From assembly GCF_009914755.1 (NCBI RefSeq), contig NC_060944.1: a DNA stretch of 64,000 nucleotides; one strand, 5' to 3'. This DNA is from the human T2T-CHM13v2.0 reference genome, Homo sapiens. Below the pieces are notes generated by a model that saw nothing but the letters and a program-made list of their open reading frames with translations, did no database searches and was not told where the DNA came from. The translations under genes were made by a program, and so were the position numbers. Within the stretch, counting starts at the first letter, position 1. Each line of letters starts with the position of its first letter. Of this stretch, positions 44,127 through 56,311 are shown in pieces.

Positions 44127-44269
44127 AGAAGAGTCCCCAGAGATAGGGCAGCCGCTGCAGGACAGAAGATGAGAGGGGGACCCAGGAGCGAGCAGAGATG
44201 GAGACCAGACGTGACTGCTGGCCAGCCAGGAATTCTCAGCATTCTCAGAATTCTGAGGATTTAGGAATT

Positions 44270-44584
44270 CTCAGAAATGCTGGCCAGCCCCACACCTGTG
44301 TGACACAGGCCTGAGCTACAGTTTCCCGGGCACTAAAGAAAGGGAAGCTGTAGAGGGCAGGCAGACAAGCCCATCACCATGGACATGGGCACCATAATGA
44401 CCAAATCGCCTAAGAGCCTTGAACTAGCCCCGGCTTTGCCTCTCCACACCTTGGGGTCCCTCTGGGATATGCTAGCTTTGTCCAAATTGGCTGTATTTTG
44501 TTAGTGGAGCAGCACTCTTCATACTTACACACACACACCCAGCCAATTCCAGGAAGAGCCTCCTGCTGACCAGCAGCAGGGCCT
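44270..44584 (+). repeat. Local duplication segment B, copy 1 (inverted copy at 46073-46384)
   Basis: Reverse complement aligns end to end with ~27 substitutions and one 3-bp indel. Confidence 0.97.
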
Positions 44585-44878
44585 TTGCGCCAATCACTAA
44601 ATACTTTCCTGAAAGGCGTTTCCAGGATCATGCATGCCTTCGGGAGCCCGTGGTACCCTGGGCAGCTTGTTCCACTGCCTTACACACCCAGAGGCAGCAG
44701 TGCCAGGAGGCTGGCCCAAGAGGCCTGGCTCCTACCATGGTTCTTCTCATCCCACCAGGCTGACCGTGGCTGGGACAGCAGAGGGGGGCTCTGAATTCCC
44801 TGTGGACGCCATGCTTCCAGACAAGTGGAAGGAGACCGTGTCCATCTGCAGCCATCATCGCCCGGCAGATGCCCTACG

Positions 44879-44897
44879 TGATTGATGGCACGTGCCA
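44879..44897. promoter_or_regulatory. Overlapping PBX/HOX (TGATTGATGG) and HES/HEY palindromic E-box (TGGCACGTGCCA)
   Basis: tgattgatggcacgtgcca at the start of an AT-rich, repeat-free block. Confidence 0.45.
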
Positions 44898-45971
44898 GCA
44901 CAATCTCAGTGTGCATCGCTGTAGGAAACTTAATTGATGAGAGAATTGTCAGGAAGGATTCTGGGCGTGTTGCGGGGGTGTATGTTAAAGGCAAATCGAA
45001 AGCGAGAGAAGCATTGCTTTGAAATAAAATGCTCTCCCATTATAATTTGTAATATTTCCCCGAGAAATAATCTTCCTAATTTTTTTAACTGAGACTTTAG
45101 AAATCAATCTCAGTCAGGTAACAAGGCAGTTCTCAGCAAATAAGATGCATAAAGAGTACACATGTCTAATATCCAAAGACAAGAATGCAATTTGAAATCT
45201 CCTGGGAGGGCAGGCCCCGAGCCACAGTGCATTCCAGTTTTGGGAAAGCAGGCGTGCTTGCAAGGGACTCAAACATGCACTGACGGGTTGATAGGATGAA
45301 AGGTGCTGGGGGCTGGGTGGGTGGGGAGGAGCAGGGTGCTGGGAGCTGGGGGCTGGGGGTGGGAAGGAGCAGGGAGCAGGTGGCAGCAGAGCCACCCTGG
45401 CAGCTGAGACCCGGAGGCAAAGACACTGTCCCTGAGCAGCCATGGCCTCAGATCCACTGTCCGGTTATTTCACAAGCCAGGCTGCAAGACTCAGCCCAAC
45501 GCTGCTGGGGTGACAGCTATTGGCAATTGTTCTTTGTCACCTTCAATAGGATTGACTAGAGCCTGGTCATGTGTCCAGAGCACAGGGAGGTGGCAGTGAG
45601 GCTCACGAGGAAGTGAGAGGGGCCGTGGTTCAGGTGGCCCTTCTGCCTGAAAGAGGAACCATGCACCTCAGCTCAACACATGGAATGGGCGTGGTAGGAG
45701 CTCCCTGCACCCACACCCCTGAGCCGCACCAAGGTCTCCACGATCTGACGCAAAGTCCAACCCTGGGGAGACTCTTCAAGTCTGGTTTCTTCAGGTTTCG
45801 TGCTGACCACTGCAGGGTGGGCCCCTGAGAACCCCGCAAAGTCTGCTGCAGCTCCCACATGTGCTGCACAGGCCACCCTGGTCTCCTGGAGTCTGCTCAG
45901 GTGTGTGCAGGGTGGACCGCCCAGTTGCCCCCAGTTCTACTGCTGCTCACACCTGCACTGTTCCTAGACGT

Positions 45972-46067
45972 CTGGAGATGACACGTAGATCCCAATGGTA
46001 AAATCCAGTTCAGTAAAAAGGATCCCTTGAATGTATCTGGAAATTTCTCCAGTGCCAGGGTGAGTGC
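45972..46067 (+). repeat. Local duplication segment A, copy 2
   Basis: 95/96 identical to 42908-43003. Confidence 0.97.
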
Positions 46068-46072
46068 ACTGG

Positions 46073-46384
46073 AGGCCCCGCTGCTGGTCAGCAGGAGGCT
46101 CTCCCTGGAATTGGCCGGGTGTGTGTGTGTAATTACGAAGAGTGCTGCTCCACTAACAAAAGACAGCCAGTTTGGACAAAGCTAATGTATCCCAGAGGGA
46201 ACTTGAGGTGAGAGGCAAAGCTGGGGCTGGTTCAAGGCTCTTAAGTGATTTGGTTATTATGGTGCCCGTGTCCATGGTGATGGCCTCGTCTGCCTGCCCT
46301 CTACAGCCTCCCTTTCTTTAATGCCCAGGAAACTGTAGCTCAGGCCTGTGTCACACAGATGTGGGGCTGACCAGCATTTCTGAG
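46073..46384 (-). repeat. Local duplication segment B, copy 2 (inverted)
   Basis: Reverse complement of 44270-44584 at ~90%. Confidence 0.97.
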
Positions 46385-46754
46385 GGTGAGGGCACCCAGG
46401 CACCCTGAGGCATGGACACTCTTCTGAGGCCTGGGTCCTGGGACCTGCGTCCGTTCCCCTCACATGCCCTGAGGCTCACTCCTGCCCCGTCCCTGTCCCT
46501 CTAGAGGGGGCTTCTGGTGACCCCTTTCCAAGGACACATGGCCTCCCTCCCTGAGACCCTTACCGAATGGAGAGCCTGCACCGCTGGTGTCAGAGGCGGA
46601 AACACTGTGTGGCGTGCACTGTCAGGATCCAGTTTTACCCACGAGGAGTGGAGAATCAGTAAGTCCTTGTGCAGCAGAGCCAGGAGCAGAGGCTTCATGG
46701 CCCCTCCGGACCCCACACCTTAATGCCCTCTGGCTCCTGACGTCCAGGCAGCCT

Positions 46755-47174
46755 GCATTGGCTGTGACAAATGACCACACACAGCACAACTGATTCTCTT
46801 ACGGCTCTGAGATTAGGACTCCCACATGGGTCTCCCAGGGCTGGAGTCAGGCCTTCCGCAGGGCTGGCTCCTTCATGGGGCTGTAGGGGAGCGTCCATCG
46901 TCCTGCACTCCTGCCTAGAGGCTGCTGCATTCCATGGCCCCTTCTTCCATCCTCAAAGCCAGTAAGGGCAAGTGGAGTCCCTCAAATAGAATCACCGTAA
47001 AGACCCCTGTGATTACAGTAGACCCACCCTAACAACCTAGCACAGTCTCCACATTTCAAGATCCTTAACTTAACCCCCAAATGCACAGCCCCTTTTGCCA
47101 GGGAAGGTGGCACATTCACAGGCTCCAGGGATCAGGATGCGGACATCTTTGGGAGCCATTGTTCTGCCGACACA
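46755..47174 (-). mobile_element. MLT1D-like MaLR LTR
   Basis: 'ggctgtgacaaatgaccacac...cttcttccatcctcaaagccag...caagatccttaacttaa...ttcacaggctccagggatcaggatgcggacatctttggg'. Confidence 0.8.
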
Positions 47175-47427
47175 CCTATTACATGAATGTCTTAGAAAAT
47201 GGCAGAAACACAATGTGCCTAACTGACAGCGGTGTTCCTGGGGAAGGATGGTAATATTTTATCAAAAGGTTCATTCCAGACAAATAATCCTACAGCCCTG
47301 GGAGAAAACGATGCGTTTCCCTGGATCCAGCCAGACCCACAGCCCATGAGGCTGCAGTCTCTTCACAGGACTCCCAGGATCCCGCGCCCTCAAGGCCTCC
47401 TGGGGCAATCGCAGGATTGTGCTGAGC
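47116..47427 (+). repeat. Local duplication segment C, copy 2
   Basis: Direct copy of 43813-44126; begins inside the MLT1D terminus. Confidence 0.97.
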
Positions 47428-48180
47428 CGGGCCCTGACAATAGTCTCCACTGCATCTCGGAACCCTAGGCCTTCCCTGAAATATCACTGCCAACTCTCCA
47501 TCATCACACAGGAAAATCCTGTCCCGAGGTGACCATGGACAGCCTCCTAAGTCTTTCCTGCTCAGCTCAGAGCTTGGGAGTCTGGCTGGGCCGGGAATCA
47601 TTTATCTGCCCGTGAAAAGATCACCTAACACCAGCTGGCTGAAGTTTTTAAAAAGTGTGCAGGTGGGGACTGTGGGCTGTCACTGGGGAGTTCCAAGGAC
47701 AAACCTGGGCATCTCAGTTACGTCTTGATCTCTGGGCTCAAAAGATATACCCATGCTTTGTTTCTACCTCCTCACAAGTGGGCTTCATTCTCAGGCCTAC
47801 CTGGTGACCTGGACCAGGCTCATATGCCCCAGGTAAACCCCAGTTAAGAAAACAAAACACCAACACATGTGACTCTCTTTCCCCTATGCAAGCAAAACTC
47901 TATAATCATGTTTCATTGGCTCAGATGTGGTCACATGATCACTGCTGACCAATTACAGCATCTGGGGCCGGATGCCCTGATCACCTGTCCCCACTCACCT
48001 GCTCATTCCTGGGATAATACCCTGGCATCAGCTCCATAAAAAGCACATGGGCTGAGCTAGAGATGGTAGCTCTCCAAGGAAACCTATTCCTACAAGAAGA
48101 TTGGAGGTAAAGGGAGACAAAACCCCAGAATACTTCCTCCCCCTAATTTCTAGTCTCTAGTTAAATAGTCTACAGCCAGC

Positions 48181-48597
<417 letters not shown>

Positions 48598-50084
48598 TCA
48601 GGGTCAGCACAGAGTGACTTCATCTCACAGGAGACACAGTGTCAGGGCGTCAACCAGGGCCCAACTTCTCCAGTGGGGTTTGCTCGGGGTGAGGAAAGGC
48701 AAGGTCTGTGCATGACACGTGCTGGTCTTTGTCTCCCACCAGCAATCCTGTCTGCACCGAAATACTCCTTCCTGATCTAGTGGCTGATCTGGAGAAGCAA
48801 ATGTGTGGATCTTGGTAAAGGGCTGATTTCACAGGCACATAGTAATGGGGTATTTTGAGAGTGTATCTAATCCACGAATATTAAGAATAAAATATGTTTG
48901 ATCAATGAAGTATTTGTTTGCAGCAGAATAGTCCTGGGTTCAGCCCAACCAACTCTCATGGCTTAATTACTGTCATCAGACTGGTTTCCAGAAGAATAAG
49001 GGTATTCTGACACGCATCAATCTGGCATCATGGTCACAGGCATTCAGAGATGAGTAGCCGCCTGTCGCCTTTCTAGTCTGTATCGGCAACACGTCAGAAC
49101 CATCGATGGGAAACCACCTCATATTGATAAGCTGGTGAGCTAAAAATGCTCGTGATGGCATGATTGATCATTGCATATTAACTAAGGTTATTAGAACAGG
49201 GAAATGTGAGGCTTTCACTGCCTCCTCACAGCACTCAATTTAACAATCCGTCTTCATTTCCCTTGTGTTTCTTCTTCTGCGCCTGTTTTTTTTTTCTTAT
49301 CCTCAATTAATTACAGTCAGTTAGATGATGAACACAATGAGTTTCATGGTGTACCTGAAGAGACCTGCTCTTGGGGAGACTGTCTCAGTGCAAAAATGTA
49401 GCAGGTTAGTTCCAGAAGATTTAGTTTCTGCTGGCAGGAACCTGGGAGCTTGGAAGAAGGAGCCAAGAGCCATCACAAGCATGTCCCCGAGGCATTCAAA
49501 CTGGAGACAAAGAGCCCTACCCTGGCTCACTCTACGATGCTGGTTTCTGAGCACAGGTGTCCTTCGCATCCTGGGACTGGACAACAGGGAAGGGAGCGGG
49601 GCTGGGTACCACTTGGTTTTAGCAAGGAAGGTCATATAGTAGGTTGCCTGTTTCTACACATTTCTCTCAGTTTGTGGGATGGAGTTTTCTTGGCCCTGGA
49701 GGAAGGACAAGAAGTCAAACTCAAAACTGCTGAGTAAGTGGAGGGTGAGAGGGGCCTGAGTTCTATGACATCAGTGGCCCCAAATTATTTTGAGTTGGTC
49801 TGTGTTTCCTTGGTTATGTTTACTCTAATGTAGCGCCATCCTATATTCTAGGAATATTCCCTTGAAACAAAATAAGGAAACTCCGCTGAAGCCTCACTTC
49901 AGATTCATTGTTTCTTTCAGTACACTTTTATTGGGCCCCTACTGTCTGCACAGAGCTGCAGGAGCGGCTGTGGACATGGGGAGGGACCCCATGGACCTGT
50001 TCCCCAGACAGAGCAGCGGATATGGGAACAGGCCCTGGAAGAAGACTCTCTGACCTTGAAACTGAGTTGGTCATTTCACAGCTC

Positions 50085-50447
50085 AGATATGGTTTGGCTG
50101 TGTCCCCACCCAGATCTCATCTTGAATTGTATGCATAAGCAACATGTGTCATCGGAGGCACCAGGTCGGAGGTAATGAAATCATGGGGGTGGGTTTTTCT
50201 CATGATGTTCTCATGATAGTGGATAAGTCTCATGAGATCTGATGGTTTTATAAATGGGAGTTCCCCTCCACACGCTCTCTCTTGCCTGCCGCCACGTAAG
50301 ACATGCCTTTGCCCCTCCTTTGCCTTTTGCCGTGATTATGAGGCCTCCCCAGCCACGTTGAACTGTGGGTCCATTAAACCTCTTTTTCTTTACAAATGAC
50401 CCAGTCTCGGGTATTTCTTCATAGCAATGTGAAAATGGACTGATACA
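50085..50447 (+). mobile_element. THE1B-like solo LTR inserted in a MIR
   Basis: 'gatatggtttggctgtgtccccaccc...gtgaaaatggactgataca'; MIR core 'ctgagcctcagtttccttctctgtaaagtgg' follows. Confidence 0.92.
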
Positions 50448-50689
50448 GTCCCTGAGCCTCAGTTTCCTTCTCTGTAAAGTGGAGGTAAGGATAGTGCATG
50501 TTATCATGGTTGTGCAGATTTAATGAGATCATCTGGCATATGAATAGCCCAGTATAGCACTTTACCCCCGGTGGCTGCTCAATAAAGATCGTCTGTGAAC
50601 GTTAATTAGGGAAGACAAGCCCCATCCCAGTGACAACGGTGCAAAGAGGAAGGGGTTAGAGCCACAGACAGAGCACTGGTAATGGATCT

Positions 50690-50867
50690 GCAGTTCCCAA
50701 AGTGTGACCAGCAAAAGCTGCGTCACAAGCGAATGTGTTAGAAATGCAAATTCACAGGCCCCACTGGACTTGCTGACTCAGAAGCTCTGGTTGGGGGTAG
50801 TGGGGGCAGCTCTGTGTTCACTGCCCTGCAGGATATTCTGATACTGGCTCAAGCCTGGCAGCCGCTG
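50690..50867. mobile_element. MER5A DNA transposon
   Basis: 'ttcccaaagtgtgacc...tgttagaaatgcaaattcacaggccccac...gactcagaagctctgg'. Confidence 0.75.
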
Positions 50868-51194
50868 TGATCACCTCCTACAGCTGGAGACTGGAAGGAG
50901 AGAGTGCCCGCTGCTGGGGGACCCTGCAAGGTTCGCTGAAGGAGGTTGCAAGGGGACAGAGTGAGAGGGGGCTTGGCAGTTCACAGAGAGAGAAATAAAT
51001 ATGTAACCATTAGGTTTGTCGCTGAGTTTCCAACGTTTTTGCATCGAAGTTGCTGGGTGTCAGGACTTTCCCTGAGCCCTTCTCATCCCACCAGGCTGTC
51101 TAATGGTCCTGAGCACTGTGAGGTCCTCTGGGGCAGCCACACTTGTCTGTCTTTCCTGTAGTGCTGGGAACTCATGGGGGCCACGGTCAGAGAC

Positions 51195-51682
51195 TGTAGC
51201 AGCTCTGTGACAAATTTGCTGGATTTAGCAGGCAGGGCAACACAAATATATTATCTTACAGTTCTGTAAGTCAGAAGTCAGACATGGGTCTCCCTGGGCC
51301 CAAATCAGTGTGTCTTCAGGGCAGCCTTCTTTCTGGAAGCTCAAGGAGAGAACCCATTTCCTCGCCTTCTGCAGCTTCCAGAGCCCCCTTCCTCCACCTT
51401 CAAAGCCAGCACTGCACCTCTCAGTGCTGTTCCCACAGTTCCATCCCCCTGGCCCCCTCTGACCCTGCCTCTCTTCTGCCTTCTGCCTATGAGAACCATG
51501 GAGATCACGGTGGACCCACCTGGGTAACCGAGTATAACCTCAATTTCCAGGTCAGCTGCTTAGCAAACTTAATTCCATCTGCCGCCTGAATTCTCCTTTG
51601 TCACGTGAGGCAGCACACTCAATCCACAAGTTCCAGTGATTAGGACATGGACATCTTTGAGGTGCAACATTCTGTCCACACA
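51195..51682 (-). mobile_element. MLT1D MaLR LTR
   Basis: 'ttatcttacagttctgtaagtcagaagtcagacatgggtctc...ggtcagctgcttagcaaacttaattccatctgc...gattaggacatggacatctttg'. Confidence 0.85.
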
Positions 51683-53241
51683 GGGCCCATGTTCCTCTCC
51701 ATCTGTTAGCCTGGTGCCCCAACAGTGTAGGGTGGTGACTAAGAGTGAGCATTTGTGAGTCAGATCCATCCGAGTTCAGTTTGCAGTCCCCTGCTTTTCC
51801 TTATGTGGCCTTAGGCAAGTTTCTACACTTCTCGGAGACTCTGTGGTCTCATCCGCAAACCAGCGATGACAGTAGAACCTACAGCACAGGGACATTATGC
51901 CAAACTCTTGCAATGCCCTTGTCACTGTGTTATTGTGACCATTGGAAGGAAAATTAGAGCTCGCCTGCTCTGACCCCACCTCCTATACCCACCATCTCTC
52001 TGTCACCTCTGGCAGATGGTGCAGTGGGGCAGACTGTCTCCTGGTCAGCAGTTTCTCCCTACCCTCTGGCCACACTGCCAATGCTGCTTGAGAAGACATC
52101 CTGGTGCCATGCTAAGCCACATGGAGTGGCTGTAACTGACCACACACTGAGTCCCAGGATGGGCCATGATGGACTGGAGCCAATCAGTGGATCCCAGGCC
52201 TCTAACCAAAAACATGTGTCCAGGATGGGATCCTGTCCACCCAGGTCTGGAGCCCACACACCACATCTCCAGAGCCTGAGTTGGCCACAGGTACAATGGA
52301 GAAGCTTCGGGTGAAGCTGATGTTGAAAAAGGTGGGGGAGAGAGTCAACAGGAGCTCAACAATGTCTTCAAAGACTGTTGTTCAAGCCTCTAGATCCAGC
52401 CTTGCCTGAAGGCAGCCCTACTTGGGGACATTTATGTAGACGACCCAGTGACCATGGATTCTCTTTCACTTGCTGCACAAGGAGTCTGGTCTTTCAGTTC
52501 TATTCAATCTTCTCCCAAAATAGCACATCTTCTTTGGACAAGATTGAAGGGGATGCCTTCTAGTCAAGGAAGGCTGTATCCATGTGGCTGCAACTCATTT
52601 CCTAAAACTTCGTTCTTCCAAAGCAAAACAAAACAAAACAAAAATCCAGCTCATTTGTTTCACAGGAACTTACTAAGTGCCCTCCTCTTTTGTTCTGAAG
52701 CCTTCAAATATTTTTAAACCATTGTCCTTTCCCTTGGCCTCCTCTCTTCTGTCTTCATATGACCAGTTTCTTTACTCAGACCCTACATAACTTGGCTTGT
52801 AGATCTCCCATCACCACAGTTAGACTCCTCCTCCAAATGCCACTTTTCCAATCTCCTTTTAAAACTGTGAAGTCCCCAGTAACATTGGCTGTCACATAAA
52901 CCCACTCTGGATGTGGCCAGATACAGCTGATTCTAGTGACATATTGTGTCTGTTAATGTCTGGCTACATCTTAATGTGAAGCGATGGTTCACACTGACGG
53001 GATGTCCGAGTGGGAAGGCACCCTGGTCAAGAGGGCTCTGCATTTGTGATTTTACATGACATACATATGCTACTGATGGCTCTTGATGCCATTAGGAACC
53101 ACCAGCAGGAACAGACATGCAGTTATGCAAACCACATCCTTTTTGTCCAGTGGTCCTGGCCAGCCTCAGACAGTGACCCAGCCCTGAGTTGTCAGAGTGG
53201 ATGGTCAGCAAGGTGTCAGCTTGGATTTCTCAAAGCAAGGC

Positions 53242-53598
53242 TGATATGGTTAGGCTTTGTGTCCCCACCCAAATTCCATCTTGAATTATAATCCCCACAA
53301 TCCTCACCTGTCAAGGACCCAATGGGAGGTGATTGGATCATGGGGGAAGCTTCCTCCATGCTGTCCTCATGACAGTGAGTGAGTTTTCAAGAGATCTGAT
53401 GGTTTTATAAGGGGATCTTTCCCCTTCACTCATACACACTTCTCTTGCCTGCTGCCTTGTAAGACATGCCTCTTCCCCTTCCGACAAGATCGTAAGTTTC
53501 CTGAGGCAAACCCAATGCTGTGGAACTGTTAGTCTTTTCTTTATAAATGACCCAGTCTTGGGTATGTCTTTATAGCAGTGTGAAAATGGACTGATACA
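53242..53598 (+). mobile_element. THE1D/MSTA-type solo LTR
   Basis: tgatatggtt...ggactgataca with perfect 5-bp TSD AAGGC (53237-53241 / 53599-53603). Confidence 0.93.
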
Positions 53599-54624
53599 AA
53601 GGCCATCTCACCACCCCTTGCTTGCATGGGCCATTGATTTTGACTTACCATCAGGGCCCAGCGACCCTGGCCAGGCATCCTTTGGACCACTCCTCACACT
53701 GCCCAGACTGGACAGGACACAACCCTGGAAAGGCCTGGCTCCCTCTCCACACAGCTGCTAGGCTTATGAGCTCTGAAAGGTACAGGCCTCCAAGAGCCTC
53801 CATTCGGCCTTCAATAATGAGAGGGGGAGAAGAGCCATCTCTCAGCCACAGCTGGAAGGAAGTGGGCTTCATATTCATTTGCACAGCTCCTCTCAACCTG
53901 GCCCCTTCTTTTTTCAAGTAGCAAGAAAAAAAGCTGAGAGAGCCAGGAGATGGAGGCTCTTAGTAGATCTTTAAAAGGGGCAATTTTGTTTCATTTATCT
54001 GAAAAGTCACACCGCACATGGTGAAGGGGGAAGAAGGAGAAGGGGAGGAGAAGGAGAACTCGTGGAGGATGGCTGGCACCCGGGAAAGCAGACCCCCTCA
54101 TCCTCTGGCTCCGTGAGTGGGTTCCAGGACATCGTGCAGGAGGTGACTCTCCCTGACTCAAGCTGAGCCTGCTCATCACAGTGTCTGGTGTGCATGATGT
54201 TTCTCTTATTTGCTAGGTTCAAAGCTTTGTGCCCACAGCTTCTTTGCTGGTTCTTTCACACGTCTGCCCAGGGCCCAGCACCTGCCATATCTGGAGTGCT
54301 TTCTGACCCCGACATTCCTGTCACCTCATTCAGTTCTCTGCTCACTCATCACCTCCCCATTGAGCCCTTTCCCCAGCCCCCCTGCCTAGCCCCATCCAGC
54401 CTTCCTCACCCATAGCGAGCTCTGCCTGCTCTGGCTCCTTGTATAGACTGGCTGCTCTCCTGGGTGGCCGGAGCAGTCTGGTTCAAGGTATAAGACCCTC
54501 CTCTACTCTGTAACTGCTGTGATTGAGGGGCCTAACTCGAACCCCAGGTACAAACTGGAGTCACAACCAGGACATTCAGCCACACACATGAGGCTATGCC
54601 CTGCACAGCAACCCGTGTGTAGAA

Positions 54625-55370
54625 GTCTCATGGAGCTTCCGTAACAAATGACCACAATGGGGAGGTATATTCCCTCCGCATTCTGGAGGCTAGAAGTCTG
54701 AAATCAAGGTATCAGCAGGGCCATCCTCCCCACAGAGGCTCTGCAGGAGGACCCTTCCTGGCCTCTTCTACCACCGATGGCTCTTGGTGTTCCTTGGCTT
54801 GGACACATCACTCCAATCTCTGCCTCCACTTCACATGGTTTTTTCCTCTTCTTTCCCTGTCTCTGCTCTGTGTGTCTACTTTTATTTTTTTATTTTTTTG
54901 AGACACAGTTCTGCTCTGTCACCCAGGCTGGAGTGCAGTCCAGCTCATTGCAGCCTCAAACTCCCAGATGCAGTCATGGCTTACTGCAGCCTCAAACTCC
55001 CAGGCTCAGGTGATCCTCCTACCTCAGCCTCCCAAGCAGCTGGGACTACAGACGCATGCCACCATGCCCAGCTAATTTTTTTTCTTTTAAAGATGGGGTC
55101 TCGCTATATTGCCCCAGCTAACCTCAAGCTCTGGGGCTTAAGAAATCTTCCTGCCTTAGCCTTCCAACATGCTGGGATTAAAGGTGTGAGCCACCGTGCC
55201 CTGTCTATTTAAGGATACTTGTCATTGGATTTAGGGTCCACCTGGAGGATACAGGATGATCTCATATCAAGATCCTTAACTTAATCACCTCTGCAAAACC
55301 TCTTTTTCCAAATAAGGTCACATTTACAAGTTCTTGGTATTAGCACACATATCTTTCTGGGGATCACCAT
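54625..55370 (-). mobile_element. MLT1C LTR interrupted by an AluJ
   Basis: 'ttctggaggctagaagtctgaaatcaaggt...' resumes after the Alu as 'aaggatacttgtcattggatttagggtccacc...ttccaaataaggtcacatt'. Confidence 0.85.
54880..55201 (-). mobile_element. AluJ with internal ~35-bp tandem duplication
   Basis: J-type 'gcagcctcaaactcccaggctcaggtgatcctcc'; TSD tgtcta(c/t)tt; duplicated tgcagtc...cctcaaactcccag at 54934-55004. Confidence 0.92.
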
Positions 55371-55859
55371 ATACTTATAAATAATAAAATTGTGGACATT
55401 GTATAAACACTGATGGCATGCCAGTCAAGGTGTTACATACTTCACTTTTGTTTGCTTATTTGATCTGATAGTCCCTATGCCATATCTCCCCCCGCTCCCA
55501 ACAGGGAGTTGCACTGGACTTCCAACAAGGAAGAGAGGTGGCCTTATCCCCATTTCACGATAAGGAAACTGAACATCGAGGAATGTACAACCAGCAGGTG
55601 GCAAATACCAGAACTCAGATGCGTGTCTTCCAGGCTTCCAAGGCTGTGCTCCCACATACCCCACAGCAACTGCCTTGCAGATGAAGGTGCTGGGGCTCAG
55701 AGGCTTGCCCAATGTCCCGTGGCTGAGAAGTGATGAACAGAGTTGAAATTCCACTGCTTCCCATTCCAGGCTCTTGCTGCTGTAAGATGCCTCCTCCTCA
55801 GGGTCCAAAGTGGATGGAGCAGCCTCTGGTCAGATGGCACCATGTGCTGGGTTACAATA

Positions 55860-56311
55860 CAGAAAATCTTCCCTCCCTTCTTCCCCGGGCCACTTCCCTC
55901 ATCCCACTGAAGTCTTGCCTCATCTCACTGAAGTAGGGCTTGGATAAGTAGCTTGTTCAGGCCAATGGAACATAAGCATAGACAACATGCCAATCCTGAG
56001 CCAAGCCTAGGTGGCATCTGGTGCTTCCTCATGGCCTGTTGTGTTCCTACTGTTACCACAAAAAACCATGCCCTGGGTAGCCACTAATTCAAGGATGATG
56101 GGAGGCTCAAGGAGCAGAACTCAACCCAATTCACAACCTGGAGCCTGGAACCTAGAGCCAGGAGCTGGGAGTCCAGAGCCCAACCTAGCCCAGCCGTGGT
56201 GCCATGCAACTCTCTTACTGGCTCATAAGTGAGAAATGTCTGTTGTTTTCAGCCTCTGGGTTATGGAAAGATTTGTTACTCAGCATTATTACAGCACTGC
56301 TAACTGATACA
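55860..56311 (+). mobile_element. MLT1I/J-like LTR
   Basis: 'ggccaatggaa...tgtctgttgttttcagcctctgggtt...tttgttactcagcattatt...taactgataca'. Confidence 0.7.

Noticed and set aside
43958-44146. Paralogous small ORFs (43958-44146 and 47232-47468) suggesting a micro-protein family
   Set aside because: The similarity comes from DNA duplication C; starts and stops differ and both begin at non-ATG codons.
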